The notes: generated from the sequence alone by a model not told the origin. Shown: positions 20,807 through 31,726, counted from the stretch's first letter. The stretch is 64,000 nt of DNA from an uncultured Gemmatimonadales bacterium (GCA_963695555.1 CAVOGR010000001.1:1077716-1141715), one strand, 5' to 3'. Translations and numbers: made by a program.

Positions 20807-22440
20807 CCGAGCGCATTCGCACTGAGCTGGCCCGTGTCGCGGAGGAGTTGGGCGGAGACGGAGTCGAGTTCGTCGTCGAGCGACCGCGCGACCCCACCCA
20901 TGGCGACCTCGCCACCAACCTGGCGATGGTGTTGGCGCGCCGGCTCCGCCGCCGGCCGCGAGAGCTGGCCGAGGCCGTGGTTGAGCGGCTCCACCTTCCT
21001 GCCGAGCTCGCCTCCAAGACCGAGATTGCCGGGCCTGGCTTCATCAATTTCTGGCTGGCCGACACGGCGCTGACCGAGCAGATCCAGGAGATCGTGTCGC
21101 TGGGAAGCCGGTACGGACGGAACACACTCGGTTCCGGCCGGAGCGTCAACGTTGAGTTCGTTTCGGCAAATCCGACCGGGCCACTCCATGTTGGGCATGG
21201 GCGTGGCGCAGCCGTGGGCGATGTCTTGGCCTCACTGCTCGAGTGGAGCGGGTATCGCGTGGTCCGCGAGTTCTATGTGAACGATGCCGGCGCGCAGATC
21301 GACAAGCTCGCGGAGAGTCTGTGGGCCCGGGTGCAGCAGGCGGTGGGGCGGGACGCGGTTGTGCCGGAAGGTGGGTACTTCGGAGCCTATCTGGTCGAGA
21401 ACGCCGAGCAGATCCTCCGCGAGGAAGGCGCCGCGTTTGCCGACTTGCCGATGGAGGAGGGCCTCGGCCGGTGCCGAACCATGGGTGTCGCACTCCAGCG
21501 GAGCGACCAGGATCAGGATCTCCGGACATTCGGCGTCCACTTCGACGTTGTCACCAGCGAACGCTCGCTCTACGACAACCGCAAGGTCGAGGCGGCGATC
21601 GACCAATTGACCGCGGGCGGCCTGACGTTCGAGGCGGACGGCGCCTTGTGGCTCCGCACCGAGCGCTATGGCGACGACAAGCCTCGCGTCCTGCGGAAGC
21701 GCGACGGAACCTACACCTACCTCGTGCCGGACATCGCCTACCACATCGACAAACACGAGCGCGGCTTTGCCCATGTGATCGACGTCTGGGGCGCGGACCA
21801 TCACGGCTACATCCCCCGCATGCGTGCGGTGCTCCAGGCCTTGGGGTATCTGGATGATTTCTTCGATGTGACGCTGGTGCAGCTGGTCAAGGTGATGCGG
21901 GGTGGGGAAGAGGTGAAGATGTCCAAGCGCACAGGGACGTTCGTTACCTTGCGGGATTTGGTCGAGGAGGTCGGCGTCGATGCCGCTCGCTATTTCTTTT
22001 TGATGCGCCGCGCCGATTCTCAGTTTGCCTTCGATGTCGATTTAGCGAAGCGCCACACGGACGAGAATCCGATTTTCTATGTGCAAATGGCGCATGCCAG
22101 GCTGAGCGGCATCTTTCGGGTGGCCGATTGTAATCCGGACGACGTCGTTGGGACCGTAGCGCTGGAGGACTTGCCGGCGCCCCACGATGTCGATTTGCTC
22201 AAGAAACTCACCATATTCCCCGATATCGTGGCGCGCGCGGCGGAAGAACGGGAGCCGCACCGGGTTCCCGTCTACGTCGAGGAGTTGGCCCGTCTGGTCC
22301 ACGGCTGGTATCACCACTGCCGGGTGCTCGGGGAGCCGCCCGGAGTCGAACGGGCCAGGCTCATGCTGGCCCGGGCCGCGCGTATCGTGGTGGCCAACGC
22401 GTTGGCCGTTCTCGGGATCACCGCGCCAGACCGGATGTGA
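20803..22440 (+). CDS. argS: Arginine--tRNA ligase
   Basis: EFVSANPTGPLHVGHGR, WGADHHGY, KMSKRTG, YVQMAHAR and terminal APDRM. Confidence 0.97.
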   Translation: MTERIRTELARVAEELGGDGVEFVVERPRDPTHGDLATNLAMVLARRLRRRPRELAEAVVERLHLPAELASKTEIAGPGFINFWLADTALTEQIQEIVSLGSRYGRNTLGSGRSVNVEFVSANPTGPLHVGHGRGAAVGDVLASLLEWSGYRVVREFYVNDAGAQIDKLAESLWARVQQAVGRDAVVPEGGYFGAYLVENAEQILREEGAAFADLPMEEGLGRCRTMGVALQRSDQDQDLRTFGVHFDVVTSERSLYDNRKVEAAIDQLTAGGLTFEADGALWLRTERYGDDKPRVLRKRDGTYTYLVPDIAYHIDKHERGFAHVIDVWGADHHGYIPRMRAVLQALGYLDDFFDVTLVQLVKVMRGGEEVKMSKRTGTFVTLRDLVEEVGVDAARYFFLMRRADSQFAFDVDLAKRHTDENPIFYVQMAHARLSGIFRVADCNPDDVVGTVALEDLPAPHDVDLLKKLTIFPDIVARAAEEREPHRVPVYVEELARLVHGWYHHCRVLGEPPGVERARLMLARAARIVVANALAVLGITAPDRM

Positions 22441-22442
22441 CA

Positions 22443-23354
22443 ATGACCCTCTGTGTCGTCGGTAGTATCGCGCTGGATTCCGTCTTCACCCCGTTTGGCG
22501 AAACCGCCGACGCACTGGGTGGGTCCGCGGTGTATTTCAGCGTGTCGGGATCGCTGCTTCATCCCGTCAGCGTGGTCGGTATCGTTGGCGAGGATTTCCC
22601 CATGGCCGAGCTCGACCGGCTGTCCGGTCGGGGCATCGACTGGTCCGGTGTCGAACAGGTGGCGGGAGAGAGCTTCCGGTGGAAAGGGAAGTACTCGTAC
22701 GACCTGCAGAACCGGGAAACCCTCGAGACTCGGCTCGGCGTGTTCGCGGACTTCAAGCCGTCCATTTCGAATGGGGTGAAGGACGCGCGGTACGTCTTCC
22801 TGGGGAATATCGACCCGGAGCTCCAGCTGGGCGTCCTGGATCAGATCCGGCAACCGCGGCTCGTGGCCTGCGATACCATGAACTACTGGATCCACAGCAA
22901 GCGGGACAGCCTCATGAAGTTGATGCAGCGCATCGACGTGCTCATGGTGAACGACAGCGAGGCGCGCGAGCTGTCCGGCGATTGGAATGTCTATCGGGCT
23001 GCCCGATGGATCCTCAAACACGGGCCGCGATTGGCGGTCATCAAGCAGGGCGTGTACGGTGCCGTCCTGGTGGATGAGGATCGGTTCTTCTATGTGCCTG
23101 GATTCCCGCTTGAGGAAGTCTTCGATCCCACGGGAGCGGGTGACGCCTTCGCGGGCGGCTTCATGGGGCACCTGGCCCGCACCGACGATCTGTCGCCGGC
23201 CAACGTGCGACGGGCGATGGTGTATGGGTCCGCCATGGGCTCGTTCGCGGTCGAACGATTCTCGACCGCCCGGTTCGATGAGATCGGCCCAGCCGAGGTC
23301 ACTGCCCGGGTGCGCGAGTTCAGCGACCTCGTTCACTTCGACATCGCGCCCTGA
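22443..23354 (+). CDS. PfkB-family carbohydrate/nucleoside kinase
   Basis: VVGSIALD, LGGSAVYF and the DPTGAGDAFAGG PfkB signature. Confidence 0.92.
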   Translation: MTLCVVGSIALDSVFTPFGETADALGGSAVYFSVSGSLLHPVSVVGIVGEDFPMAELDRLSGRGIDWSGVEQVAGESFRWKGKYSYDLQNRETLETRLGVFADFKPSISNGVKDARYVFLGNIDPELQLGVLDQIRQPRLVACDTMNYWIHSKRDSLMKLMQRIDVLMVNDSEARELSGDWNVYRAARWILKHGPRLAVIKQGVYGAVLVDEDRFFYVPGFPLEEVFDPTGAGDAFAGGFMGHLARTDDLSPANVRRAMVYGSAMGSFAVERFSTARFDEIGPAEVTARVREFSDLVHFDIAP

Positions 23355-23368
23355 CGACTTCACGAACC

Positions 23369-24397
23369 ATGAAGTCCACCGATCAGTACCGCGCCGCGGG
23401 CGTGGATCTCGACGCCGCCGAGGCGGCCAAGCGGAAGATCGCCGGCCTCGTGGCCACCACGCGTACCAGCGACTCCCGAGGCAGGGTCGGCGCCTTCGGG
23501 GGCATGGTGCGACTCCCGGCGGGGATCGAGAACCCGGTGCTCGTCCTGAGCACCGATGGGGTCGGGACCAAGGTGCTGGTGGCCCGGGCCGTGGGACGAT
23601 ACGACACGGTCGGCGAGGACCTCGTCAACCACTGCGTGAATGACATCCTGGTCCACGGGGCTCGGCCGCTGGCGTTTCTCGACTACCTCGCGGGTGCGGA
23701 CCTGCCGGTCGACGCCATCGCGAGCCTGGTGGACGGAGTGGCCCGCGGCTGCCGCGCCCATGCCATGCCGCTCGTGGGCGGTGAAACGGCCCAGATGGCC
23801 GACCTGTACCGGGCAGGCGAGTTCGACCTTGCCGGGACTATCCTCGGGGTCGTCGAGGAAGGACAGGCGCTCCACGGCGACGCCATCGAGCCGGGCGACA
23901 TGCTCCTCGGCTACGCCTCCTCAGGGCTCCACACCAACGGCTACACCCTGGCCCGCCGCATTCTCTTCGATGAGCAGGGGCTCGGCCCGGCCGACCCGCT
24001 GGGAGAAACCGGCCACACGGTGGGCGACGCCCTGCTGGCCGTCCATCTCAGCTACCACGATGCTGTGATGCCCGTCATTTCGCGACTCCACGGAATTGCC
24101 CATATCACGGGTGGCGGAATCGAGGGAAATCTCGCGCGCATACTGCCACCGGGCTGTGAGGCCCTGATCGACCCCGCCAGCTGGGAGATACCGGCCCTGT
24201 TCCGGATCCTCCAGGCGAGCGGGCGGGTGGCGATCGAGGAGATGCGGCAGGTGTTCAATCTGGGGGTCGGACTGATCGTCGTACTCCCCCCGGACCAGGT
24301 GACCCCGGTTCGTGCTGCGGCAACCCAAGCGGGTGCCACAACCTGGATCATGGGCGAGGTGCGCCGGGGTGAGCGAGCGGTGCGCTTCGCTGGCTGA
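23369..24397 (+). CDS. purM: Phosphoribosylformylglycinamidine cyclo-ligase
   Basis: YRAAGVD, STDGVGTK, GGETAQM, SSGLHTNGY and AHITGGG. Confidence 0.97.
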   Translation: MKSTDQYRAAGVDLDAAEAAKRKIAGLVATTRTSDSRGRVGAFGGMVRLPAGIENPVLVLSTDGVGTKVLVARAVGRYDTVGEDLVNHCVNDILVHGARPLAFLDYLAGADLPVDAIASLVDGVARGCRAHAMPLVGGETAQMADLYRAGEFDLAGTILGVVEEGQALHGDAIEPGDMLLGYASSGLHTNGYTLARRILFDEQGLGPADPLGETGHTVGDALLAVHLSYHDAVMPVISRLHGIAHITGGGIEGNLARILPPGCEALIDPASWEIPALFRILQASGRVAIEEMRQVFNLGVGLIVVLPPDQVTPVRAAATQAGATTWIMGEVRRGERAVRFAG

Positions 24398-24410
24398 AAG
24401 GACGAACATC

Positions 24411-24590
24411 ATGCGCATCGCCATCACGTCCGGCCTCAGCGTCGGACTGAGCCTCCTTGCCGGGAGCACCCTTGCCGCCGAGCTTGGCTATCAGTTGGGA
24501 AAGGACCAGAACTTGACGACCGACTTCGAGAACATCGATACCACAGGAGGCAACGTCTTCGCGGGGTCCGGCATCAGGCTGGGTCTCTAG
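24411..24590 (+). pseudogene. 59-aa ORF, probably an internally deleted outer-membrane protein (signal peptide fused to terminal beta-hairpin)
   Basis: AAAGGA SD; signal peptide MRIAITSGLSVGLSLLAGSTLAA followed directly by ELGYQ...NVFAGSGIRLGL. Confidence 0.5.
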
Positions 24591-24638
24591 CAGTGCGCCG
24601 TAGCGGCACCATGGTGACGAGGGAGGGTCAAGCCGGGC

Positions 24639-25730
24639 GTGGATGAACACGGTGCGATGGACCGGGCGCTCGAGTGTGCCCGTCAAGGCTGGGGCAGGGT
24701 CCACCCTAACCCACTGTGCGGGGCGGTGGTGCTGTCAGAGGGCGTGCCGGTGGCCGAAGGGTGCCACGCGGAGTTCGGCGGGCTCCACGCCGAGCGAGTT
24801 GCTCTCGAGAAGGCGGAAGGGCGGAGCCGCCAAAGCACGTTGGTGGTTACTCTCGAGCCCTGTACCCATGAAGGCAAGCAGCCGCCGTGTGTTCCGGCAA
24901 TCATTCAGGCGGGTGTGAGGCGGGTGGTCATCGCTCTCCGCGACCCCAATCCCGAGGCCGGAGGGGGGGTGGATCTCTTGCGAGCCGCTGGCCTGGACGT
25001 CGATGTGGGATTGGGCGCGGAGCAGGCAGCGGTAGACAATGCAATCTTCTTGCATCGTCACCTCGATCCGCGTCGTCCCTACATTGCTCTCAAACTCGCC
25101 ACGACACTGGATGGGCGGATTGCCGATTTCAGCGGCCGCTCACGCTGGATTTCAGGGGCCGAGGCGAGAGCCTACGTTCATTGGCTCCGCGCCGGGTTCG
25201 ATGCCATCGGCGTTGGAGGCCGGACGGCGCGGATGGACGATCCTTCGCTCACGGTGAGGGGTTCGATCGAGCCGCGGCGCCGTCCGGCGAGGGTCGTGTT
25301 CGATAGCCGGGCGTCCCTCCCGGGTACCCTCAGGATCGTCACGACGGCACGAGAGATTCCTACCTACTGCGTTACCAGTCCGCTGGCCGATGCGGGACGT
25401 CGTCGAGGACTCGAAGCCGCCGGTGTGCATGTCCTGGTTCCCGATTCCCTCGCCGCGGGCCTCGAGGCCTTGCGAGCGATGGGCATCGGGTCCTTGTTGG
25501 TCGAAGGCGGGGGCAGGCTGGCGGGCGCGCTTCTCGAGGCGGATCTGGTAGACCGTTTCTATTGGATCCAGAGTCCGCTCTGGCTTGGCGACTCCGGCAC
25601 GCAGGCTGTAGGCGGGTTGCCTGGGCGCAAAGTCGGGTCGGCCGACCGTTGGCACGTCGTCGACCGGCGCGCGCTGGACGAGGACACACTATTGGTTGTC
25701 GATCGCAAGTCATGTTTACCGGCATCATAA
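24639..25730 (+). CDS. ribD: Bifunctional riboflavin biosynthesis deaminase/reductase
   Basis: PNPLCGAV, HAE, TLEPC.H.GKQPPC, KLATTLDG, SRWISG and VEGGG. Confidence 0.96.
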   Translation: MDEHGAMDRALECARQGWGRVHPNPLCGAVVLSEGVPVAEGCHAEFGGLHAERVALEKAEGRSRQSTLVVTLEPCTHEGKQPPCVPAIIQAGVRRVVIALRDPNPEAGGGVDLLRAAGLDVDVGLGAEQAAVDNAIFLHRHLDPRRPYIALKLATTLDGRIADFSGRSRWISGAEARAYVHWLRAGFDAIGVGGRTARMDDPSLTVRGSIEPRRRPARVVFDSRASLPGTLRIVTTAREIPTYCVTSPLADAGRRRGLEAAGVHVLVPDSLAAGLEALRAMGIGSLLVEGGGRLAGALLEADLVDRFYWIQSPLWLGDSGTQAVGGLPGRKVGSADRWHVVDRRALDEDTLLVVDRKSCLPAS

Positions 25731-26317
25731 CCGCGGTCGGTACGGTGACGGCCGTCCGTCAGTCGGAGGACGGCCTCCAACTCTCCATCTCGAGTTCGTA
25801 CGATGGAACGGAGCCCGGTGAGAGTATCGCGGTGGACGGAGCCTGTCTCACGGTGGAAACCGCCACGGCGGAAGAGTTCACCGTGCACGTGATCCGGACC
25901 TCGCTCGATCGCACGCGTTTCGCCGAGTTTCGCCGCGGCCAACGGGTCAATCTGGAACGCGCGCTTCGTGCCCAGGATCGACTGGGTGGGCATATCGTGC
26001 AGGGGCATGTCGATGGCGTTGGGCGCGTCGTGGCGATCGCCGAACGTGACGATGCCCGTATCGTTGATATCGAGGTGCCGCCCGAGATCCGGGCGGTGTC
26101 CATCCCCCTCGGGTCGATCGCGGTCGATGGGGTGAGCTTGACGGTCAACGCCCTGCCGGCCCCCGGCATCATCCAGGTTTCCCTGATTCCGTTTACTTTA
26201 CAGCACACCACCTTGGGGCACCGCCTCGAGGGCGACCGCGTCCATCTCGAAGGCGACATCGTCGGCAAATACATCGCGGCGTTGGTAGAACCGTGGAAGC
26301 GGCCCCCATCGCCATGA
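25712..26317 (+). CDS. ribE: Riboflavin synthase
   Basis: MFTGII start, [17 protein letters not shown] and [11 protein letters not shown]. Confidence 0.96.
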   Translation: MFTGIITAVGTVTAVRQSEDGLQLSISSSYDGTEPGESIAVDGACLTVETATAEEFTVHVIRTSLDRTRFAEFRRGQRVNLERALRAQDRLGGHIVQGHVDGVGRVVAIAERDDARIVDIEVPPEIRAVSIPLGSIAVDGVSLTVNALPAPGIIQVSLIPFTLQHTTLGHRLEGDRVHLEGDIVGKYIAALVEPWKRPPSP

Positions 26318-26372
26318 ACACGTGCCCAAGGCTGCGAGCCCTGGTGTAGCCGCCTTCTCCAATAGATTCCAT

Positions 26373-27578
26373 ATGCCAATTGTGCGGATCGAGCAGGCCA
26401 TCGAGGACCTCAGAAACGGCAAGATCATTGTCGTTGCCGATGACGAAGACCGGGAGAACGAGGGTGACCTGGTCTGCGCCGGCGAGCTGGTCACGCCCGA
26501 GATGATCAACTTCATGACCATCCACGGCCGCGGGCTCATCTGCCTGGCCTTGACGGGGGAGCGATGCGATCAACTCGGGCTGCCGCTCATGACGGAGCGG
26601 AATACCGAGGCGCTCGGAACCGCGTTCACCGTGAGCATCGACGCCGAGCGCCGGTTTGGCGTAACGACCGGAATCTCCGCGGCGGACCGGGCCGCCACCA
26701 TTCACGTGGCGCTCAACCCCGCGACCACGCCGGCGGACCTGCGGCGGCCGGGGCACGTCTTCCCATTGCGGGCCCGACCCGGTGGCGTCCTGCAGCGTGT
26801 TGGCCAGACGGAGGCCAGCGTTGACCTCGCGCGGTTGGCCGGGCTGAACCCGGCGGGTGTCATCTGCGAGATCCTCAATCCCGACGGCACCATGGCTCGG
26901 CGGCCTCAGCTGGCCCGCTTTGCCGCGGAGCATGGGCTCACGGCGGTGACGGTCGCAGATCTGGTGGCGTACCGCCTCCAGACCGAGCGACTGGTCCACC
27001 GCATTGCCGAGGCCCGGTTACCCACTCGCTATGGCGACTTCACCATCATCGGATACCGGAACGACGTGGACCAGGCCGAGCATGTTGCGGTCGTGCTCGG
27101 CGACGTCCGGGACGCGTCGGCCGTGCTGGTACGAATGCACTCGAAATGCCTGACGGGGGATGTGTTTGGCTCCATGCGCTGCGATTGTGGCCCCCAACTG
27201 CAAGCCGCTTTAGACATGATTGGCCAGGCCGGCGCGGGGGTGATCGTGTATCTGGACCAGGAGGGCCGCGGCATTGGTCTCCTGAACAAGCTCCGCGCCT
27301 ACGAGGCGCAGGACCAAGGCGCCGACACGGTCGAGGCCAACCAGCAACTCGGGTTCAAACCCGATCTCAGGAACTACGGCATCGGTGCTCAGATCCTGCG
27401 CGACCTGGGTCTCTCGACCATCAGGATCATGACCAACAACCCGCTCAAGCTGGTCGGCCTGGAAGGATACGGACTCGAGATCGTCGAACGCGTCCCGCTG
27501 GTGCTCTCGCCGACGGACGAGAACCGAGAGTACCTGGACGTGAAGCGTGACAAGCTCGGCCACCTGCTGACCCACTGA
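26373..27578 (+). CDS. ribBA: Bifunctional DHBP synthase / GTP cyclohydrolase II
   Basis: [33 protein letters not shown] and QEGRGIGL. Confidence 0.97.
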   Translation: MPIVRIEQAIEDLRNGKIIVVADDEDRENEGDLVCAGELVTPEMINFMTIHGRGLICLALTGERCDQLGLPLMTERNTEALGTAFTVSIDAERRFGVTTGISAADRAATIHVALNPATTPADLRRPGHVFPLRARPGGVLQRVGQTEASVDLARLAGLNPAGVICEILNPDGTMARRPQLARFAAEHGLTAVTVADLVAYRLQTERLVHRIAEARLPTRYGDFTIIGYRNDVDQAEHVAVVLGDVRDASAVLVRMHSKCLTGDVFGSMRCDCGPQLQAALDMIGQAGAGVIVYLDQEGRGIGLLNKLRAYEAQDQGADTVEANQQLGFKPDLRNYGIGAQILRDLGLSTIRIMTNNPLKLVGLEGYGLEIVERVPLVLSPTDENREYLDVKRDKLGHLLTH

Positions 27579-27579
27579 C

Positions 27580-28047
27580 GTGACCGAATACGCCGGCCAG
27601 CCGCGGCCCGTCGGTCGCATCGCGATCCTCGTCGCCCGGTACAATCAAGTCGTCACGGCCAAATTACTCGACGGCGCCCTGGCGTGTTGCGGCGAAGCCG
27701 GGATCGATGCCGACCAGGTGGACGTCATCTGGGTGCCGGGTGCCTTCGAACTCGGGGCTGCGGCGGCCGGCGCCGCGGCAACCGGGCGGTACGCCTGCCT
27801 CATCGCGCTGGGCTGCGTGATCCGCGGGGAGACGCCGCACTTTGGGTTCGTGGCGGGTGAGGCCGCTCGGGGTCTCTCGAGTGTCGCGGTCTCTCACCGC
27901 CTCCCCATCGGATTCGGCGTGCTCACCGTGGACACGATGGAGCAGGCATTGGCTCGCGCGGGCGGTGATGCCGGCAACAAGGGCAGGGAAGCGGCCGACG
28001 CGGCGCTTCGAACCGCGGATGTGCTGGAGAGGCTTACCCGTCGATGA
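27580..28047 (+). CDS. ribH: 6,7-dimethyl-8-ribityllumazine synthase
   Basis: VPGAFEL, GCVIRGETPHF, FGVLT and GNKG.EAA. Confidence 0.96.
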   Translation: MTEYAGQPRPVGRIAILVARYNQVVTAKLLDGALACCGEAGIDADQVDVIWVPGAFELGAAAAGAAATGRYACLIALGCVIRGETPHFGFVAGEAARGLSSVAVSHRLPIGFGVLTVDTMEQALARAGGDAGNKGREAADAALRTADVLERLTRR

Positions 28048-28469
28048 CCCTGCGGCCCGAGACCCGTGCGCGGGCGCGCGCGTTGCAGCTCTTGTACGCC
28101 TGGGAAATCCAATCGCACCCGCCGATGGCGGAGGTTGCCTCCCTCGCCGCGCGGTTCAGCGGGCCTGGCGGCGGGAGCCTGACCACGCTCGAACGGGCCG
28201 AGACCCTCGCGACGGCCGTGGCCGACGATCGAGCGGCACTCGACGAGCTAGCGGGACGGGCCGCCGAACACTGGCGACTCGAGCGGATGGCGGTGGTGGA
28301 GCGGAACATCCTGCGCTTGGGAATCCACGAACTGCGACTGGGAACCGCCCCACCCAAGGTCGTGATTGACGAAGCACTGCGCCTCGCGCATTGGTTTGGC
28401 GGAGCGCAAGCCTCCGCGTTCATCAACGGGATCTTGGATCGTATCGCCCACGACCTGGGCCTCCTGTGA
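28044..28469 (+). CDS. nusB: Transcription antitermination factor NusB
   Basis: RARALQLLYA, WRLERMAVVERNILR, VVIDEA and FINGILD; follows ribH. Confidence 0.95.
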   Translation: MTLRPETRARARALQLLYAWEIQSHPPMAEVASLAARFSGPGGGSLTTLERAETLATAVADDRAALDELAGRAAEHWRLERMAVVERNILRLGIHELRLGTAPPKVVIDEALRLAHWFGGAQASAFINGILDRIAHDLGLL

Positions 28470-29596
28470 ACATCCTCCTGGTCAACTGGCAGGATCTGGA
28501 GCATCCAGAAGCGGGCGGGGCGGAAATCCACCTCTTCGAGATCTTCGGGCGACTGGCCGAGCGCGGACATCGGGTGCGGCTGGTTTGCGCGGGGTGGCGC
28601 GGTGCGGTGCCGAGGGCATCGCTTCGTGGAATCGCGGTTGAGCGCTCCGGCACCCGAAACACCTTTGCGCTCGTCGGACGGCGTGCGGTGCGGCGGGCGA
28701 TCGCCCGGGAGCGTCCCGATATCGTCGTCGAGGACATCAACAAGCTGCCGCTCTACCTCGCGTGGCTCACGAACCTGCCGCTGTGCGTGATCGTTCCCCA
28801 TCTCTTCGGGACAACGGCCTTTCGCGAAGCGGCTTGGCCGGTCGCGGCCGCGGTATGGCTCAGCGAACGCCCCATCCCGCTGGTCTATCGTCGGGCGGGC
28901 TTCCACGCCATCAGCGAGAGCACCAGGGACGACTTGGTGCGGCGCGGTGTTGCGCGCGAGCGGATTCGCGTGATTCATCCCGGCGTCGACACGGCCCACT
29001 ACACGCCGGATCCAGCGGTGCCACGGGCCACGCCCCCGGCCTTCCTGTACGTTGGGCGGCTGAAGCGTTATAAAGGAGTGGAGACGGCGATTCGTGCCCT
29101 GGCCCTGGCCCGGGCCCAGGCACCGGGGTTGGTCCTCCACGTCGCCGGGGATGGAGACGATCGAGCCCGGCTGGAGGGGTTGGCGGAGGGCCTCGGCGTC
29201 TCGGCCGGGGTTAAATTCCACGGGCGTGTCAGCGAGGCGGAGAAGATACGGCTGTTCCAAAGCTGCTGGGCCAACGTGTTTCCCTCACCCAAGGAGGGGT
29301 GGGGTATCACGATCATGGAGGCGGCTGCTTGTGGCACGCCGTCGCTCGCGTCCGACAGCCCCGGACTTCGGGATTCGGTGCGCGACGGGGTGACCGGCGT
29401 GCTCGTTCCGCATGGGGACGACGCGGCTCTGGCGCGCCGCATGCTCGAGTTTGCGGCCGATCCCGACCTCGTTACCCGCTTGGGCCTGGCCGCACGCCGA
29501 CATGCAGAGCAGCTGAGCTGGGACGATGCCGCCAACCATACGGCGGGCCATCTGGAGGCGCTGATCGACAGTGGCCCATCCGCTAGGACAGCATGA
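28466..29596 (+). CDS. Glycosyltransferase family 4
   Basis: HPEAGGAE, YVGRLKRYKG and EGWGITIMEAAACGTP; GTG overlaps the nusB stop. Confidence 0.92.
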   Translation: MNILLVNWQDLEHPEAGGAEIHLFEIFGRLAERGHRVRLVCAGWRGAVPRASLRGIAVERSGTRNTFALVGRRAVRRAIARERPDIVVEDINKLPLYLAWLTNLPLCVIVPHLFGTTAFREAAWPVAAAVWLSERPIPLVYRRAGFHAISESTRDDLVRRGVARERIRVIHPGVDTAHYTPDPAVPRATPPAFLYVGRLKRYKGVETAIRALALARAQAPGLVLHVAGDGDDRARLEGLAEGLGVSAGVKFHGRVSEAEKIRLFQSCWANVFPSPKEGWGITIMEAAACGTPSLASDSPGLRDSVRDGVTGVLVPHGDDAALARRMLEFAADPDLVTRLGLAARRHAEQLSWDDAANHTAGHLEALIDSGPSARTA

Positions 29597-29609
29597 GGAG
29601 ACAGCGCGG

Positions 29610-29924
29610 ATGCACGTGACCATTACCGCCAGACATTGTGACATTCCCGACGCCCTCAGAACGCGCGCCGAAAGCGTCATGGACCGCCTGGGCAACTACG
29701 GCCTGGAGTTGGCGGAGGGGGCGGTCATCTTTGACGTCGAGGCGTTGCGCCAACGGGCGGAAGTCCGCCTGCGCGCCACGACTGGCGAAATGGTCGTCGC
29801 CAAGGACGACGGTCCCGACCATCGAACCGCGCTCGATCGTGCGGAAGAGAAACTCAAACGACAATTGAAAAAGGTCGCCCACCGGATTCGTGATCGCAGG
29901 CGGCCTGAGGCCGACGCAGTGTGA
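29610..29924 (+). CDS. hpf: Ribosome hibernation factor HPF/RaiA family (short form)
   Basis: M..TITARH..I...LR and ALDRAEEKLKRQLKK; GAGGAG SD; precedes hprK. Confidence 0.85.
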   Translation: MHVTITARHCDIPDALRTRAESVMDRLGNYGLELAEGAVIFDVEALRQRAEVRLRATTGEMVVAKDDGPDHRTALDRAEEKLKRQLKKVAHRIRDRRRPEADAV

Positions 29925-30886
29925 CACTCCGCATCCGAGAACTGCTCGAGCGGGGCGGCGATTCGCTCCAGCTCGAGACGCTGACCGGGGACACCGGATT
30001 GGACGGCTTCCTGCCCGACCAGGAGATCGCGAGCCCCGGTTTGGTCCTCGCGGGGTTCACGGACCGTTTTTCCCCCAATCGTATGCATGTGTTGGGGGAA
30101 ACCGAGGTGTCGTACCTCAACTCACTGTCCGCCGAGGAGCGTCGCAAGAAGCTCGAGACGTTCTTCGGCTTCGACCTGCCGGTCGTGTTCATTACCAAGG
30201 GTCAGGATGTGCCGCCCGAGATGCTGCAACTCGCGGCGGAGCGGCGCACCGCCGTGCTTCGTACCAAGCTCAAGACGGCGGAGTTCTTCCGGCGTATCAA
30301 GCCCATCATCGAGCAGGCCTTCGCGCCTCGGACTACGGTACACGGATCGATGGCGGACGTGTACGGCGTCGGCCTCCTGTTCGTGGGGCGCTCGGGCATC
30401 GGCAAGAGCGAGTGTGTGCTGGACTTGGTGGAGCGAGGGCACCGGCTCGTGGCCGACGACGTCGTGATGATCTCGCGCCGCGGCAACGACGTGCTCATCG
30501 CTCAGGGGCACGAATTGGCCCGTCACCATATGGAAATCCGAGGAATCGGGTTGGTGGACGTTCCGTCCCTCTTTGGGATTCGCGCCGTCCGCCAGCAAAA
30601 GCGTATCGAGGTGGTGGTGCAGCTCGAGGACTGGGACACCGCCAAGGACGCCGACCGCACGGGCTTGGCGCGCCAGGAAACGGTCATTCTGGGGGTTGCG
30701 CTGCCCAAAGTGATGGTACCACTCAACCCGGGAAAGAACCTCACCGTCATCTCCGAAGTGGTGGCCATGCTCCACCTCCTCCGATATTCCGGCGTCGACG
30801 TGGCCACGGCCTTCAATGAGCGCCTCATCCGGCGCATGACCGAACAGCGCGGCATCAGAGAGTATCTCCAGGAAGACTATGAGTAA
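29921..30886 (+). CDS. hprK: HPr(Ser) kinase/phosphorylase
   Basis: GRSGIGKSE, RGHRLVADD and MEIRGIG. Confidence 0.97.
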   Translation: MTLRIRELLERGGDSLQLETLTGDTGLDGFLPDQEIASPGLVLAGFTDRFSPNRMHVLGETEVSYLNSLSAEERRKKLETFFGFDLPVVFITKGQDVPPEMLQLAAERRTAVLRTKLKTAEFFRRIKPIIEQAFAPRTTVHGSMADVYGVGLLFVGRSGIGKSECVLDLVERGHRLVADDVVMISRRGNDVLIAQGHELARHHMEIRGIGLVDVPSLFGIRAVRQQKRIEVVVQLEDWDTAKDADRTGLARQETVILGVALPKVMVPLNPGKNLTVISEVVAMLHLLRYSGVDVATAFNERLIRRMTEQRGIREYLQEDYE

Positions 30887-31253
30887 CGACCTCCGGGGTG
30901 TGGTGGTTGCACATGGCCGGATTGCGGAGGCCTTGGTGTCGGCGGCGGAGGGGATCAGCGGCGTCACGGACGTGCTAGTCCCGGTCTCCAACGACGGCTG
31001 CGATCGAGATCGCCTGGAAGAACGGATCGCCGAGGCCATCGACAGCCATCCATCGGTGGTGTTCGTCGACTTGCCGAGCGGGTCGTGTCTCGTGGCCGTC
31101 CTGCACCGCTTTCGCGGAGAGCTGAACGTGAAGGTCGTGACCGGGGTCAATCTGGCGATGTTGCTCGATTTCCTGTTTCACCGGGAGCTGCCCCTGCCCG
31201 AGGTAGCGGAGCACGTGGCCAGTCGTGGGTCCGGAGCGATTCGCGTTACCTGA
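30879..31253 (+). CDS. PTS mannose/fructose/sorbose-family EIIA
   Basis: VVVAHG phospho-His, DLPSGS and GVNLAMLL. Confidence 0.92.
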   Translation: MSNDLRGVVVAHGRIAEALVSAAEGISGVTDVLVPVSNDGCDRDRLEERIAEAIDSHPSVVFVDLPSGSCLVAVLHRFRGELNVKVVTGVNLAMLLDFLFHRELPLPEVAEHVASRGSGAIRVT

Positions 31254-31726
31254 TGTCCATCGTTCTCTACCGGATTGATGACCGGCTGATCCATGGCCAA
31301 GTAGTCATTGGCTGGGGTCGCCCGTTAGGAGCGGAGTTCATCGTGCTGGTGGATCCGGAGGTTAGCGGCAGCGAATGGGAGCAAGACCTGTATCGCATGG
31401 CGGTGCCTCGCTCGGTGGACATCATCTTTGCCGATGTCGAGGAGGCGCGCCGGCGGCTTCCCGAATGGCAGGCCGACCGGCGAAGGGGCATGCTCTTGAC
31501 CGGCACCGTCGCCGCAATGGCCGCGGTATGCCAGAACGGAACCGGCATTCCGAAGATCAACCTCGGCGGGATTCACCACCGCCCGGGCCGCCGGCAGCGA
31601 CTGCCGTATGTGTTTCTCACCGACGATGAGTACCAGACCTTGATCGACTTGCAACAGCAGGGACCCAAGATCGTCGCGCAGGATGTTCCGACGGCGAAGG
31701 CCATCGGATTGGACGACCTCGCGTGA
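31253..31726 (+). CDS. PTS mannose-family EIIB
   Basis: RIDDRLIHGQV signature and INLGG. Confidence 0.94.
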   Translation: MSIVLYRIDDRLIHGQVVIGWGRPLGAEFIVLVDPEVSGSEWEQDLYRMAVPRSVDIIFADVEEARRRLPEWQADRRRGMLLTGTVAAMAAVCQNGTGIPKINLGGIHHRPGRRQRLPYVFLTDDEYQTLIDLQQQGPKIVAQDVPTAKAIGLDDLA

